Shown here piece after piece: positions 20,801 to 35,800 of a stretch of 64,000 nucleotides of DNA. How positions within the stretch are numbered: position 1 is the stretch's first letter; each line of letters starts with the position of its first letter. The position numbers and the translations under genes were made by a program. Below the pieces are notes generated by a model, which did not search any database, was not told the DNA's origin, and saw only the letters and a list, made by a program, of their open reading frames with translations. Source of the stretch: Enoplolaimus lenunculus (lineage: Eukaryota); NCBI GenBank assembly GCA_030248215.1, contig JASANG010002792.1:558001-622000 (forward strand). Reading direction: 5' to 3'.

Positions 20801-22430
20801 AGGAATCGTGCCAAAAAATTTAAGTTCCAATTAACGCTAAAATATCATTTTGATAAACGCTAGTTGACACTGAAAGCGTTCTATATTTTATCGGAGTCTT
20901 TGACGTGGAGTTGTGTTATATTCCTGTATCTGTGTTTGTCAGTGTGTTTTTGCTAAAAATAAAATTTTGAGGTAATTTTTGTGTTTAATATTATAAATTT
21001 TGAACAGATGCAACATTTTACCAACTTTTATAAGAAAAATTTTTATTTTTATGCTCGGTAACGGTCAAAAATTGACCGAGACCGTACATCCCTGGTCATG
21101 AAGACCATGTTGTTTCAACATGAACGGACCATGTTGTTCCAACATGAGCGTCCCATCAACGACGGGCAGCACAAACTGCAAGCCCGTGGATTCACGAGGT
21201 TGAATTCGCGGTTCAGGACGATCGCCTGTGAAAGAAGGATGATGGTAAATGTGCATGCTACAGTGAAACCAGATATCCGGCTCCGGTATTCTGTATTTAC
21301 GGATATTTGTTGCTGAAAAGAAAAAACAACGAATCTAATTTCAGCAATAAAGAGTTTTTCGGTGCGAGGAATCTACATAAATTGTTTACATAGGGTTACT
21401 GAAGATTTTTGGGTGCGAGGAATCCGAATAAATTGTGCACAAACCTGTAAAGCCCATAATTGAGTACTTAGCTAATAGACAATTTGCATATTAGCATAAT
21501 TTATAAGTCTAAATTTGGAATTTTTACAATATTTCAGTAATTATTAGGGTTATAAGCGATCTTATTTCAGCACTAAAGGGTTGTTCAACAATCACAATAT
21601 TTCGATCTGAATTTTGTTCGAAATGACAGAAACAAAGATTTTACGAAGCCCAGTTAACACTGAGACATTTGTACAACCGGCTTCTGCAAATTCCGGAGCT
21701 GGATATTGAACTTTCCGGCTTCGGCTCTGTTATTTTTCATATCCTGTTGAACCCAGGAGTACGATGTGTATGCAAAGTGAGATTGTCATACATGCAGGGT
21801 GCAACCTTAATTACAGTTTATCGGAACCAGATTTTTGAATAGTTTTTATCATCGAATTACTGTTGGACCTTTTAAAAAGCTATCCCAAACAATGGCTTAA
21901 GCGAATTTTCAGCTATTTCGTCATCAAACTTTGCTCTAAATACATCAGACTTTTAATCTAACAGTTTAACAACAAAATCGAACTAGTTGCAAAAATGCTC
22001 ATGTCGAAATATCTATTTTTTACAGGCAAAGTTTGCAATTGCCTCAAAACCTTAAAAATTCTGGCTCAGACATCCTTCAATGCAGGAGCAGAAATTGAAT
22101 TTTGCAGGAATTCCGGTGGTATCCTGAATAAATGGCCATATGATGTAGCAGAAGTATGCTTGATTCAAATGCTAGATGACCGATGTTCGATTTTTGGCAA
22201 AAATAGCCATGCAGAATTGCAGATAGACAGTGTTGTTCCAACAGCACTGTGAGGTAAATTTAACAAATCAGTCAAACATGTAAAGCTACATTTTCAGGTA
22301 ATGACGTGACACATCACTCCGAGCGTACCTGTCCAGATTTAATATCAGTTTTTAAGAAAGGTGGATGTATAACCTTTGGCGGCACTTTCTTTCCAATTCG
22401 TTTGGGCACGAGACGAGGGATATAAACCAT
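17880..22430 (-). CDS. MRPL11: Mitochondrial ribosomal protein uL11m (39S L11), about 198 aa
   Basis: Exons 22430-22329, 19952-19854, 19452-19357, 18602-18498, 18074-17880, all phase-0 GT-AG. Motifs [49 protein letters not shown] and C-terminal AAKMLRTG. Confidence 0.95.
18675..19060 (+). mobile_element. hAT-type MITE, same family
   Basis: TIRs aagggtgcaaccggaatt / ttgcaccctg; perfect TSD CATGCGGT. Confidence 0.9.
20548..21094. mobile_element. hAT-like MITE (CAGGGATGT TIR family)
   Basis: cagggatgtgcggtctcggtc / gaccgagaccgtacatccctg; imperfect 8-bp TSD ttcatgga/gtcatgaa. Confidence 0.7.
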
Positions 22431-23807
22431 ACCAATTATACTAACTCAACCATACAAACAGGATACTGTACAAAATAACTAAATTGAATATAAGTTACCT
22501 AGATTTCAAACGTATTGTACTTACGGCTGGGTAACGGAAAATAATCAAAAAAGGTTTTCTCCGGTTTGTACTTTTGTAGCGTATGACCTTGCTTAAAATA
22601 TTCATGAGATATTCTTGGTAACACTTTGACACCAAATTTAGCAACGAGCACAAATTTCTCACTTTTTCAGCATTTCTGCAAAAATGTAAAAAACGTGTTT
22701 TCCGCTCTATTCAATTTTTTCGCAAAATACCAACACTGGTTGTATTTCTTTTACATGTTAATACTTTGTCAAGACTGAAAAATTAAAAAGTAGCAAATTT
22801 TTTAAACCGAAACTAGCTATGTATTACATATCAGCTACCAATATAACATTAAACTAGATATATTGGAATGGTGATTGGATTAGAGACAAGAGCATACTTA
22901 AGTGCATCCAGAATGGCACATGTTCCAGACCGGTTATTGCGCTACTTGCCGTGACATGCTGATTCACAAAAAATATTCGATTTCACAGCAATTTATTTTA
23001 CCGCGATTTGTGATTTATATACAGCATCCGATTATGTTTTGAAGTGTTTACAGTTAACGTATTTCGCATTTTCACTGCGTTCTCAAGTTATACCGATCCC
23101 AATTTTGCCATCCCAAAGTAGATAGTATTTTTACATAGCTAGTAGCATATTTAGTAAACTTAAAGCTCTACTCACATCTCCAAGTGTTTGGTACAAGAAG
23201 TTTTTACTGCAGTTTGCATGTGAAGGTGCATCTTTCAACCGGTTCAGAATTACACTTGCTGGTTCTTGTTAAAAACCATTTAGCAGAAGTTGAAGCTGCA
23301 ATTGGTATATGGAAATGCATGTTTTTGCCATCAAAACCTCTCAGTTTGTGTAATTGTTCTTTTGAATACGGTTTCATCTTAAACTTAACAACTCCTGCTA
23401 TAGCTTGAATAAGCGGTTCTGTGGCCTGGTGTATATTTAGTGTAGCCGTTTTCCCGTGATGTTAAGGTGGTGCGGTTTACTTTTTGAGAGTTTTAACGTC
23501 CCTTTCGTCCATATGGATTGAATTGATCTCTTAACGTTTATTCTGACTGGTTCCTGACTAACAAGGTAATTTCTTAGTTGCTTATCTTCACTACATCGCT
23601 TGATAAAGTGTTACAATTTAATACTGCCTCATGCGTAAAGATTCCTCATGGCAGTGGTTGCAGATGCGGTCTGTAGTTACGGGAGTTGCTGGTTTGCAGT
23701 GCATTGTTTCTTTTTAGCTACCGTATGATGCTGTGACTTTTTACTATATTACATAGCTCTAATATTTTCAATAAACATTTTTGTTTTAGGTTTGATTACT
23801 GTTGATA

Positions 23808-26800
23808 ATGTGGCTGAAGCCGTCTGAAGTACTATTCGGTTCGGCATTATGGTATGTCCAACTAATGAACTTTCGCGATATGTCCCAGTTTAATAGCTGA
23901 AAAGTGTAAACACTAACTCATACCTATCTGCTAGGTGTTACCGATATGCTTAATTTTCTTGTGTAGCTATAGAAATTCAACTTTGGAATGTAATTTACAA
24001 CCAGACTGTTCTTTGATCTTAGTTTATTTTTGTCATTCACACAATAAATTTTAGGATAACTGAATGCGCTAATCCATATTTCCTTCTTCAACGTCGAAAA
24101 GGCCATGGCACCAGAGGCCTCTCATCTGTTCTAGTCGGCACCTTGGATTCTATTTTTGATACTCGTCCCGCACCATATCGAATTCTCTTACAAAATGTAG
24201 ATTCAGACGTCAGTTACAGTATGTTTTGCTCAGACTTAGAATAGTTTCATTAAATTTATGACTGGTATACGAGTGTTGCGGTGACTTTGCACTAATTGGG
24301 GCAGATTTTACTTAATGAAAAGTTCTTCAGCAAATTTGACGTGGAAATAATTTTATGGATAAATTGAGCGAAGTGACGAAACTCCGAGTGAAAGTCGGAG
24401 TATCGCAAACCGTTTATGTTTTGTACTTTGGGGTCGTCTGAAACGTGCATGTCCGCCCGACCGTAATCTCAGGAACCGCTGAACAGATTTGGATATATAC
24501 GTATACTTTTTGTTTGAATGCTTGTTATCCTTTGATGTTAACCTCGCATTGTGCTTTTAAAATTTTAATCCGTTTATTGGCTGCAGGGTAATTTGCATAA
24601 TTGAGTACGTATGCCTAAATTAGGTTTTTACATTATTTGTGTAATTGTTAGGGTTGCCAGCAGGGTTCGAATCCTGATTCTGATTAGAAATCCGATTCAA
24701 AACGAGTTTGGATTTCGATTCCGGTTCCGGTTGCACAATCAATCAGAATCGGAATTTTGAAATTTTATTTTTAATTTTACGTGTGATACGTTGCATAAAA
24801 ATTCTGTATTGTTTATCTATTGAATTGCTTTCGATAAGTTAACTTATCAATAATTGATCATAGTTTAGTTTTTCAGAGCCAAAAATTATCTCCAGCTTAT
24901 TCATTCGATCGTTTTGAAAATTATTGCCAGCCAAAATCAATATTATATTTGTCAATGCAAATTATCCGTACAGTCACAAAATTTCTAGCTCCATTTTCGA
25001 TTTCGGTATAATCCTGTTCCGCTTTGCATCCTGGCTGCAAGTAGTATATAGGTTTTGGGTGCGTGTAATCTGAATAACTTGTTTATTAAACTCCAATACC
25101 TGAACAGCTAGCTTTTGACTAATTTTGCATATTCGTTGAATTGGTTAAGCGTAAATTCGAACTTTTTGAGCGGAGCTCGGAGTTTCTCGAAGCGTTTTAT
25201 GTTTAGTACTTGGGGTCTAAACGTGGATGTCCGTCCGTCGGTCCGCCCGAAAAGAATTCAGGAACCGCTGAACCGATTACTTTTTGTTTCAAACCGAGGC
25301 ATGTTAACCTCGCGTTCTGGTTCCAAATTTGTAATCCGTTTATTTGTTGCAGGTTTATTCTCATAATTAGTTAAGCCTAATTTAATTGATACGCCTAAAT
25401 TAGGACTTTTTAAATTATATCAATGATTAGTACGGTTACTGAAAGTTTTTTAGGTGCGAGGCATCTGAATAATTTCTTTACAAACCTTCAAAATCGATAA
25501 TTCAAAAGTTAACTAATAGCTAATTTGCATATTAGCTTAATTGCTTAAGTGTGTTTAATCGTCGCTCCATACACGTAGTTCCACTACGACTGGATAAATT
25601 GTTTCACAGCTTATTAGGGTTACAAGCTATCTAATTTCTGTACTTAGGGGTGTATGGGTGGGGATATCTGAATAAATTGTTTGTATGTACACCTCAAAAA
25701 CCGATCGATGAATAGTTAGCTAATAACTAATTGCAGTTTTGCTTAATTGATAAGTAAGTGGGCGAAAATATGCGTTTGTGTTTTATAAGGGTGAAGTCTT
25801 TAACTAGACTATTTAAAAATTAAGTATGTCCAAATACATATTAAATAAGTGCGGCACTAAGTTTGTATTGATTTAAATGGTACACACAATTACATAAGTG
25901 TTTTAGTGGTTGCTGCCGCAGTCACTCGTAAAGAAATTGGAGAAAATTGGGAATGGCTTGAAAGAAATTTGTTGAACACAATTAGTAAGTTGCGTACAGT
26001 TATGAGTTAAATAATGTTTTGGTTGCTTCATCTGTTTTTAGAAATAGAAAATTTCCTGCCTGCTCCTTATCTTAAACACATGGAAAAATTGTGATTGTTA
26101 GCTATTGGAAAAGAAAACGATGTTATCAATCGTTGTGAAAAATGCGCCATTAATTTTTTATTTAGGTTAAGTTTACTTGTTAACGAACGTTTTATGTTGT
26201 TTCTTTCAGGCAGTTTTGAAAATTTTGGAGATGCTCAGCAATATGTCAAGTGCAAGATCGAAAGCATGATATCAGAAATTCCTGGTGGTGACACGGCAGG
26301 TCTGTGTTCTTGAGTTGTAGCTCCGATATTTTGTAAATATAATATTATACTAGTTTAATATAATTTGATTACTAATTAAGATTACTGATCAAAGCTGTTT
26401 GGCATTTACGAAGTTATTTATGATTTTTAGAAGAAGATGCATCTCACAAGAATGTACAGGCGCGGTTTCACAAGTTGTTCAATCTTCCCAATGACGAAAA
26501 ACTGGTTAACTGTATGTTATGCAGAACTAAGTTCGCGATGTTTGTGATGTTACATGTAGGCTGTAGGGATGTACCTATACCAAATATTTGCCGATACCGA
26601 TACCGATCTTTATTTTGAAAATATACCAATACCGATGCCGATTTAAATTTTAATAAACGATGCTTAACGAACAAATAAGCTAAAGCATTTCATCATTCAT
26701 TATAAATGCGAACATTTATCCCTAAGAATCATAAAAATTTAAAATTTTATGCGAACGGTATATTTCGATTATGTTTCTCAAACAGAAACGCAAGAGAGAT

Positions 26801-29800
26801 AACAGTTTCCCTGATTAGACGCACTAATGTACGCCAATAAGTAGAATTGGTAGAATTCCAACTCACTGTTTATGTGACAAAAGTATCGGTAAAACATCAG
26901 CAATTTTTTTACACTGCCGATGCCGATTCTCACGGAAAGTGTCTATTATTACTGAAGTCGGTTAATTGACACATCCCTAGTAATAAGCATCTGTTTCAAT
27001 TCTGATATAAATATATGCTAATTAGATGTAGTAGTATATCTGTATCTAAGCCACGTTTTTGCTCTGCTTTCAGTCTACAGCGGCTGGAAGTTGAAAATAT
27101 TGCAAACGGTTAGCACAAGTGTAAAAGGAGTGGTAACTAGGTACTAGTTATTTTTTAATCGAGTTTTGTGCTAATGACATGTGGAATTATTTATTTTCTA
27201 TGGTTTAGACTACAGTTGCTGTTACTGGCGTGGCCGTATTCCTGCTCAGGGTCACTTGTATCTCAGCGTAAACTGTATGTGCTTCTATTCGTTTATCATG
27301 GGCAAGCAAACAACACTGGAGATTCGTTGGACTGATGTAATAGTAAGTTCGCTTTTCTTGTTCACCAATATTTTTTCCTTAATGGTATGATCGAAATTAG
27401 TTTAGCAAATGAAATATAGACGCTTGTATGGATAAAGTTGCTCATCCCTACACGTAGACAGATGTTCGATGAGCAGTGATTACTAAACCAATATAAATCA
27501 GAGCAAATGCAGTTTGAACGCTCAGGTCAGTAACATTGACTTGATACTATTGTAATGTAATTTGTTTTAGTAACACATTATTTTGGTTTTGGGTGACAAA
27601 TACTTGCCGCAGAGTAATCCTGCTTCTCGTTATCAGGGATCGACCGGATATTAATTTTACGTTATACCAGAGATGGGTTCTTATTAACTTGCTGAGAGAT
27701 GTAGTTGCAGCAAAATGTGGATGCGGATGCAGGTTTTCCTCGGATATTAAACCGGGACCTGTCAATTTTGTACTCGTCTATTAATTTTTACATATTTTAG
27801 CTATCGCATAATAATTATACTGATATTCTTGTGCACATTCTCGTTTGTTTATTGCACAGAAACTTGAAAAGAATTCTAAGCTTTGGCTGCCTCAATCAAT
27901 CAGCGTAACTACCAACGATAATGTCACTTCAACGTTTTCAATGTTTCTCAATTTTGAAGAAACGTTTAAGCTCGTGTCACAGTTGGCCAACATTGCTATG
28001 AAACAGTACGCATAATTCATCAGTTTGTGATAACTTAATATACTCGTTAATATTATGGCTTGGCTTCAGATCAGAAAGCTAAGAAACAGAAGCGCTCTAT
28101 AAATTTAGGGCAAATTTTGTATAGTGTTTGAGATGTTTTGGTTTTGATCCTAGTCTTTCTTAAAATTGCCAATGTGTATGAGCGAAATACAACTGAATAC
28201 GTTGTAAAACATGCACACGTCGTTTTTCATGCTGAAACTGCCATATGTTTTTTATTTTCCAGCTTAATACTCGAAGAAGGATTCGAAGAAGATGATGACA
28301 TCAGGCAAAAATTAAAGTTAGTCTTTTTAAATAAGGCATATGGACTAACAATTATTCATGCAGTGCGGATTCAAGACCAGAGTTGGGTCGTCTTGGCTGT
28401 GGTGTGAAACTGAGACTAAAAGCTGTATTTTGGTTATTTTCAACTGTTGCTGGATGCGATTTCTCGAGCTCTTCGAAAACTAGTTTAGGTTAGGCTTCAC
28501 TTAGTTTGGAACAAGTTTCTACGGTAACAACGCGTTTCGCTGTGAAGTTATTTTATTTGGTTATCATTCGTTTACTAATTGGTGTTTGAAAAACATTTGG
28601 CAACTGCAAGTGTTAACAAAGTGTTAGCTCAAATCAGGTATCATCAATCGCAATATTTTAGAAAGAAACCATCGAAGAAAAAATCTGTTTCATTTGTCAA
28701 ACGCGATTTGGACGCTCGAGCACGAAGTGAATCGTATAGGTAAGTAGATTTGGTTTTTTCATAAACAATTTGGAACATGAGATGTAATTTGACTTTTTTG
28801 TTGGTCATTAGCTCGAAATTGGTTTAGTTTCGTTATTATACCCTAAAATGATTAGGTCAACTTAAAACTATATTAATTTTGTTCCGCAACCGTTTTCAAT
28901 AACCTAAATTGGAATACACTGGCTTTTCAGAAATAAATTTCGAGTTCCTCATTGCGAAAAGCTTGATGGTGACACAGAATGTCTGCTGTGGACGCCGTAC
29001 AATAAGCAATATGCCAGTGGAAAAATGTACATATCAAAGAACTTCGTTTGTTTTGATAGTAAGGTAAGGTCAAGTATTGATATATTGGGCATTTCTTCCA
29101 TAGCCTTTTTTTAATAAATTGTTGGATATGGGCAATGAAGCCTTTATGAAAATGGTATTTAGAACTGCATGTATCTTTGATTTGTCGGAGCCATGTGTTG
29201 TTAACGTTGAGTGGTTGTTGCTATAATTTGGTTTTAGCAATTTGTGGAACAGTTCTGTAGTACCAGGTGTTAAGCCAAGGGTTAGTTAGTTGTAAAATAC
29301 CAAACCGAAATTATCACCGGTTCGATTCTAAAATCTGCGATTAACAATCGTTACTGACAGTGGAAACCTGCGCTATACCTTGTAGCATTCTGCTTAGCGA
29401 CTCAAACGTTGCATAAAAGGTAAACGGTCGAAGATATTACACCAGCTAAGAATTTGGTATGTATTTTTTCGGACATGAGTTTACTTCAGATAATACTAAT
29501 TTAGTGTTAACATTTTCGGTAATATTTAATATTCAGCAAGCAGCTCTGTATGTTGTTTTTGCACAAAAAGACGTAGGTATTGTAAGTATTTCAGGTGCAA
29601 AGGCTTGTGCGTTTAATTATTCCGTTCATCGAAATTCATTGTATTGAAAAATTCGAAACCACGGGAGAGCCTGGGATTGGCAATGGCTTACTGGTTACGA
29701 CTAAGTCGAAGGTAAGAAAGAAAACCAGTTTGCCGCTCTTGATAAGGGTTTGAGGTGAATAAAATGTGTAATTTATTTGCGAATACTAATAATGCAACCC

Positions 29801-32800
29801 ATGTTAAGGATATGGGCATCCCAGTAGAAAATGGGTAGACTGTTGGACTTGGAGCTTAAGTAGGTTTTGGTTTCGGTATAGGCCTAGCTTATCTTAAGTC
29901 TTAGAGGCTCATGTTATCATAGGCAACAAGTAGGTTTTGGTTTCCGTCTAGGCCTAGCTAATCTTAAGGCTTAGAGACTCAGATTATCGTAGCGACATGG
30001 ACAAATAATTGATTAATTTTAGATGACATTTTTGTTTACCAACTTTCCTGATCGCCAAACTGTTCTTGCGAGGCTGACAACATTCTTAGGCGCGTTGCCA
30101 AATAATCAACTGACGCCAAATGAAACTCTTGGCATTCCGTCGTCAAATGAATATTCCAATATTGGCCAAAATGAAATAGAAGACGGTGCAAGAGCTGCGT
30201 TTGTAACGCGAAAACGAAGATCCACCACCGTAACCAGCGAAAGTCTCAGTTTTGATGAGGATAACAGTGAACCAAGTAATATTTACGTCAGGGTGCGCGC
30301 GGAATTACAATTTACCGGAACCTGAATTTTAAAAAATTTCCCGAAACGGAACCGGAACCGCAAAATGAAAAATACATACCACCGAAAAATTCATTTTAAT
30401 TTTGTTTTTTGCCATATTATTGGTGAAATAACCTTTAGCACGAGATAGGTGTTCACTTTATCTGCAGTTATCTGCTGTATTTTGGATTTTCATATAATCC
30501 ACGGAAGCGCAATCTACCTTCGACGGTTTATTTTCGGCCATTGGCTAACCGGAATTTGAAAAAATTACCGGAAACTTAACCGGGACCGGAAAATGAAAAA
30601 TACAAGTTACTGAAAAATTCCTTTTAAATTTATTTTTCCAATATTATTGGTGAAATAGCCCTAATTGGAGATAGGTATTCACTTTATCTGCTGTATTTTA
30701 GATTTTCGTAATCCACGAAAGCGAAATCTACCTTCGACGGTATATTTTCAGCGATTGTCCAGGTTTATATACTATACGATTAAAATCTATTTAATTTTTA
30801 TCGTCAATTTTAGTAAAATATTTTAATTTCCACCGACCAAAATTTAGTACCAAAATTGTTAATTCCGGTAAAAAATTACCGGAACCGGTATGTCAAAAAT
30901 TGCCGGAACCGGAATTCCGGTTGCACCATGATTTGCGTGTACTAGTATTCTTCAGTTATTCCTAATGCTCTTAAAAACATTCGTAACTTGGCTTGTAGGG
31001 CTAAAATGTGGTTGGTTTCATAGCTGTTATATATCATGGTGTATGGAATTGATTGTGCGCTATTAATGCTTAGCGTAGGGTTCGTCGGCTGAACGAACAG
31101 TACTGACTTTCTGTTCGAGTAATTAGTTTTAAATTAATATAGCTGAAAGCTTGCAAGTCTAAATGAGGTTGGTTTCGTAGCTGTTTTATATTAGATTGAT
31201 TGGAATTGTTTCCGAGTAGGAGCTATTAGTATTTGCCTGAATGGCTGTCTGAACTAAACGAACTGTACTGGCGTCCTGTTTTAGTAATCAATTAAAATAA
31301 TGAAACAGTTTACTTTATTTCAGTTGAACTGCAACCAGCGCTTACCTTAACATTCGGAAACCCTTGCTTGTACACTGAACAACAGAAACAACGTTTAGAC
31401 TCTGCATATGCTAAATGGATCAAGCATATGTCGCCAACTGAATTTGGCAGGTTGGGATTGAATAGGAATAATAAATGTTTTTATCAAAACGCGACCGGAT
31501 ACCAAAATTTGGCGGTACCAAATGTTTAATAGTGTATTTTTGCAAAAACTTACTTGATAACACTAAATTAACATTACATTTCTAAATATTACAATTTTGC
31601 TTCTAAAATGGATTTAATTATATGAACTGTGTTTCTAGGGTCGTTAAAAAGTTTACTGTAGAGTTATGTTACACTTTTGAGCCATACAAATCTGGTAACA
31701 CTGAATGCCGGGTTGGGTTATCGGCTTTGCCCTGGAGTTAAATATCTGGCAACACCGTTTTTATAGCAATGTACTTAGAGCTTTTGTACTGTTTCGTACG
31801 TCATATAGTTACCATTTTTTCTTAATCACATATGTTTTCTTTGATAATCAGTTTTAAAACTAAAACAATGTAAGTTGAAAATTTCAAAAGCTTTTTGCCA
31901 AATTAAACTTTCTCAAGTTATAACTCTGTGTTAACTACCAAGTTCTCGAATTTTAAGGGGCGTATGCATGTATCGAACATACGAACTTCAACAGTTAATT
32001 CTCAATGGAATACCTGGCGAACTGCGTGGCGAAATTTGGATGATTACATCTGGGGCAGTAAATGAGGTTGGTTATAATTGGTTAAATCAACATGCAACAC
32101 TGCAGGGTATGTGCGGTCGGCACCTGAACCGAATATATTGGGTTTAGCTATATTAGCAACTTTAGCCCTTTATCTGGAATTTGATTTTTAGTTCATTGCA
32201 ATATATTGTACCAAAAGTGAAGAAATTTTCACACAATTTTTCACGCACCTCAAAATTTGAAAAACAATTTATGAAGTGAAGTCTAGTCTGCGTTAGTTAT
32301 TGAGCTATTTTTATGATTTCAGATGGCTGCGAATCCAGTGTACTATTCAATGCTGGTATCTCGCACTAAGGGTAAATATAATATGACAGTTGAAGAAATT
32401 GAACGCGATTTGCACAGGTGATTTAGTGGCATGTAATTAACGTTTTTACATTGTTCAGTACTCGAAATGTTTCACTCTAATACTTATGTAGTACTAGAAT
32501 TTACAGTGGAAAAGTGTTTGCTATGTCGTGGTTATGCATTGTTTCAAGACGATTTTATGGTAGTTAGTAGTTGGAAATGCAAACGATATTTTTAAAGAAC
32601 GAGCATGTGCAGTCAATAATTGTCAACAATTAGACATATGGCACCCATTTCAAATGTGACAGGGTATCCTGTTCGAGATTGACAGTTGGTAAACCCATAT
32701 GACTCTGTTTTTGAAATTAAACGTGTACCGGCTGTCATACGTGAACAGTCATCGAGATATTTATATTGCGTTGCGATAGCGTTTGATGCATTCAGTTTTC

Positions 32801-35800
32801 ACTATTTTGTGTTAATATATAGTGTGATAATTGTTATTTTCTGCAAAGAAATCTGAATATACTCTGCAATCAATAGTGCTGTATAGTTGTAATACATGTT
32901 AGTACGATCGTACAATCGAACAAATTACTCGGTGGAAGCCGGTTATAATGAAGTATATTTTACAGATCATTACCGGAACATCCTGCATTCCAGTCTGAAG
33001 TTGGCATAGCTGCGCTTCGACGTGTTTTGACTGCGTACGCGTTCAGAAATCCGAACATAGGTCGGTTTTGCAGTGGTTTCTAATGAGGCTCAACTAATAG
33101 TATACAAAAACTATGCATTGTCATTTGCCGGTGTACAAGCGTAGATGCGGCAGTGTGTTAGTGACCGAAACTGTGTCTGTTACCACGAATTTTGCTTCGT
33201 AGGTAGCAAACCAAATTCTGAAGAAAAATTTGCTATGTCATGCTATAGTATTGTTGCTAGTGAAATATCTCCTGATTACAGTGTTACATGTTTAACTTAT
33301 TAATAGCGTTAACATTCAGACTTGATGAACATAAAGTAGGGTTACAAACTACGTACGACTGTTGTAGGATATTGCCAAGCGATGAATATTGTTGCTTCTG
33401 TGTTACTTTTGTACGCAAACGAAGAAGAGGCTTTTTGGTTGCTCGTAGCAATATGTGAACGACTGCTGCCTGATTATTACAATACAAAGGTTGTGGGAGC
33501 TCTAATTGACCAAGGTTAGACAGAAATTTGAAAACTTATGATCTGGGTATAAAAACATGTGCTGTATCGAAATGTTAATCTAGCATACGCTGTTTGAGTA
33601 GTCATGAATAGCAACAGCAATTTAGGCATGGAACCACAAAGTAAAGGTTGGTGAGTAACAGTTTAACGATACGCGATGCATTTTGCCATAACTTATCTAG
33701 TTGTACGTAACTGAGCAGCGACAGCAGACGATTTATTGTCATAGCTCTATAATTTCGCAACGACATTTATTTTTTGTTTAACAGGCGTATTCGGAGATTT
33801 AGTTGCGGAACACATTCCAGAATTGCATCAGAAACTGGTTGATCTGGGAATCTTGAACATGATATCGTTATCATGGTTTTTAACCATTTATTTGAGGTAA
33901 ATACGTATTAATTTGAGGTCATTGTTTTATATAGTTTTATTCCAAAACATAAGCTGCGATTAGGATGCAACCGGAGTTACAATTTACCGGAACCGGAATT
34001 TGAAAAAATTGCCGGAACCGGAAAATGGATAATACATCTCACCGAAAAAGTCATTTTAATTTTGTTTTTTCCAACATTATTAGTGAAATAACCCTAGTTC
34101 GAGATAGGTTCACTTTATCTGCTGTATTTTAGATTTTCATAGTCCATGGAATCGAAATGTTCCTTCGATGGTATATTTTCTGCGAAGGTCAAGGTTTATA
34201 TGTATACTATGCGAATGAAATCTAAATTTTTATCGTCATTTTTAGTAAAGTATCTTAATTTCCGCCTACCAAATTTTAATACCGGAATTTTTAGTTCCAG
34301 TAAAAAATTTACCGGAACCGGAAGGTGAAAAAAGACGGAACAGGAACCGGAATTCCGGTTGTACCTAGCTGCAAGACAACTAGTTAAGAAAACAGGTTAA
34401 CGGTGAGCGCGGCACAATTTGTCGATCGACATAGCAAGTTAAAAAATTTTGGTTAACAATTGTTGTGCGTGCCATGAGGACGCCGAACAGCATTAAAATA
34501 ATCAAAAAGTGTTCTGCCACCCTAACTCGAAAAATCGGCATTTCAGTTGTGTGCAGATCGAAACCTTATATAACAGTTTCAGACTTATGATGTTTTTATT
34601 TCTGTGAAAAAGTATTATTGTTTCAGTGCTATTTCCTTCGAGTGTGCTGTTAACATAATTGACTGCTTTTTCTACGATGGAGTAAAGGTATGGGTTCAGT
34701 CTAACATGATTTTTCTGGTTTCAAATTATATGCAATTGATAATCTTCCAATGGTCTGTACTACGTAGGGCAGGTGCAATTTGCCTTAGTGGTGTAGTGTG
34801 GTAGGATATCTCACGTGCACGAAAGTTGTCCAGGTTTGATCCCTGAGTGGTATAGTGTATCCTCGCTAATTGCAGACCACCATATTGCGCTGCACACATT
34901 TGCTACATATCTGTTTGACACTCGCACATGAAAGCAATACAACAAGCTATATAGGAGTAATTACGTCAAAATTATTTAATTAAAATTTTTAGAGCTTATT
35001 TTCAAATATTGTTCATGTATTTATACTAATTTTATGAGGTTTTAGCTTATGTTTCAAGTGGCATTGCAAATCTTGTACGATAATTCCTCCGCATTGATGG
35101 CATGTCGAGAAGATGGTGAATCACTGCTTCTATTGAGCAGATATCTGGCCAAAATTTACACGACTGACTCTGAGCTGCATCCTGAAATCAAGAGGCCGTT
35201 TGATCATGTATTTATGAATTCTGATCCAGAAGGACTTTTACCCACACCAATTGATGAAAGGGTCAGTTTTTATATCGATAAGTTGTAGTGCAACTGCTTT
35301 TTTAGAACCTTGTCGCTAAATTCGCGTGACTAGGTATGCTTGTAGGAGACATGGGTTTTCGGCAACAGAAAATATGAATTTAAAACTACGTCAGTTGTAT
35401 ATTTTCTAACTAACCATATACCAGTACGTATAAGCAAGACTGGGTGATATTTATCAAAATTGTGCAACTTCATGCACTGTGCATAGTACGAAATGTACCA
35501 GCTCGCGCTGCATTTCCGCCATATTCCCCTTATCTGACGTGCAGTCGATATCACATGCAATACCTCTAACTTGAACTATACGCGGAGCATTTTTTTGTGC
35601 CGTATACGTACAATGTCATGGTTAGCACAAGTTGTACCTACAATAAATAAAGGGGTAGGACAAAAACGCATTGTGCGCTGTGTACAATCTTTTGTATGCA
35701 GAATGCACCCGGTTGCACACTCTTGTAAAAAGAGTCATTATTTCCTTTTGCTATTAGTGATCAATATAACTAACTATGCTATATGCGGCTAACTTGCTTA

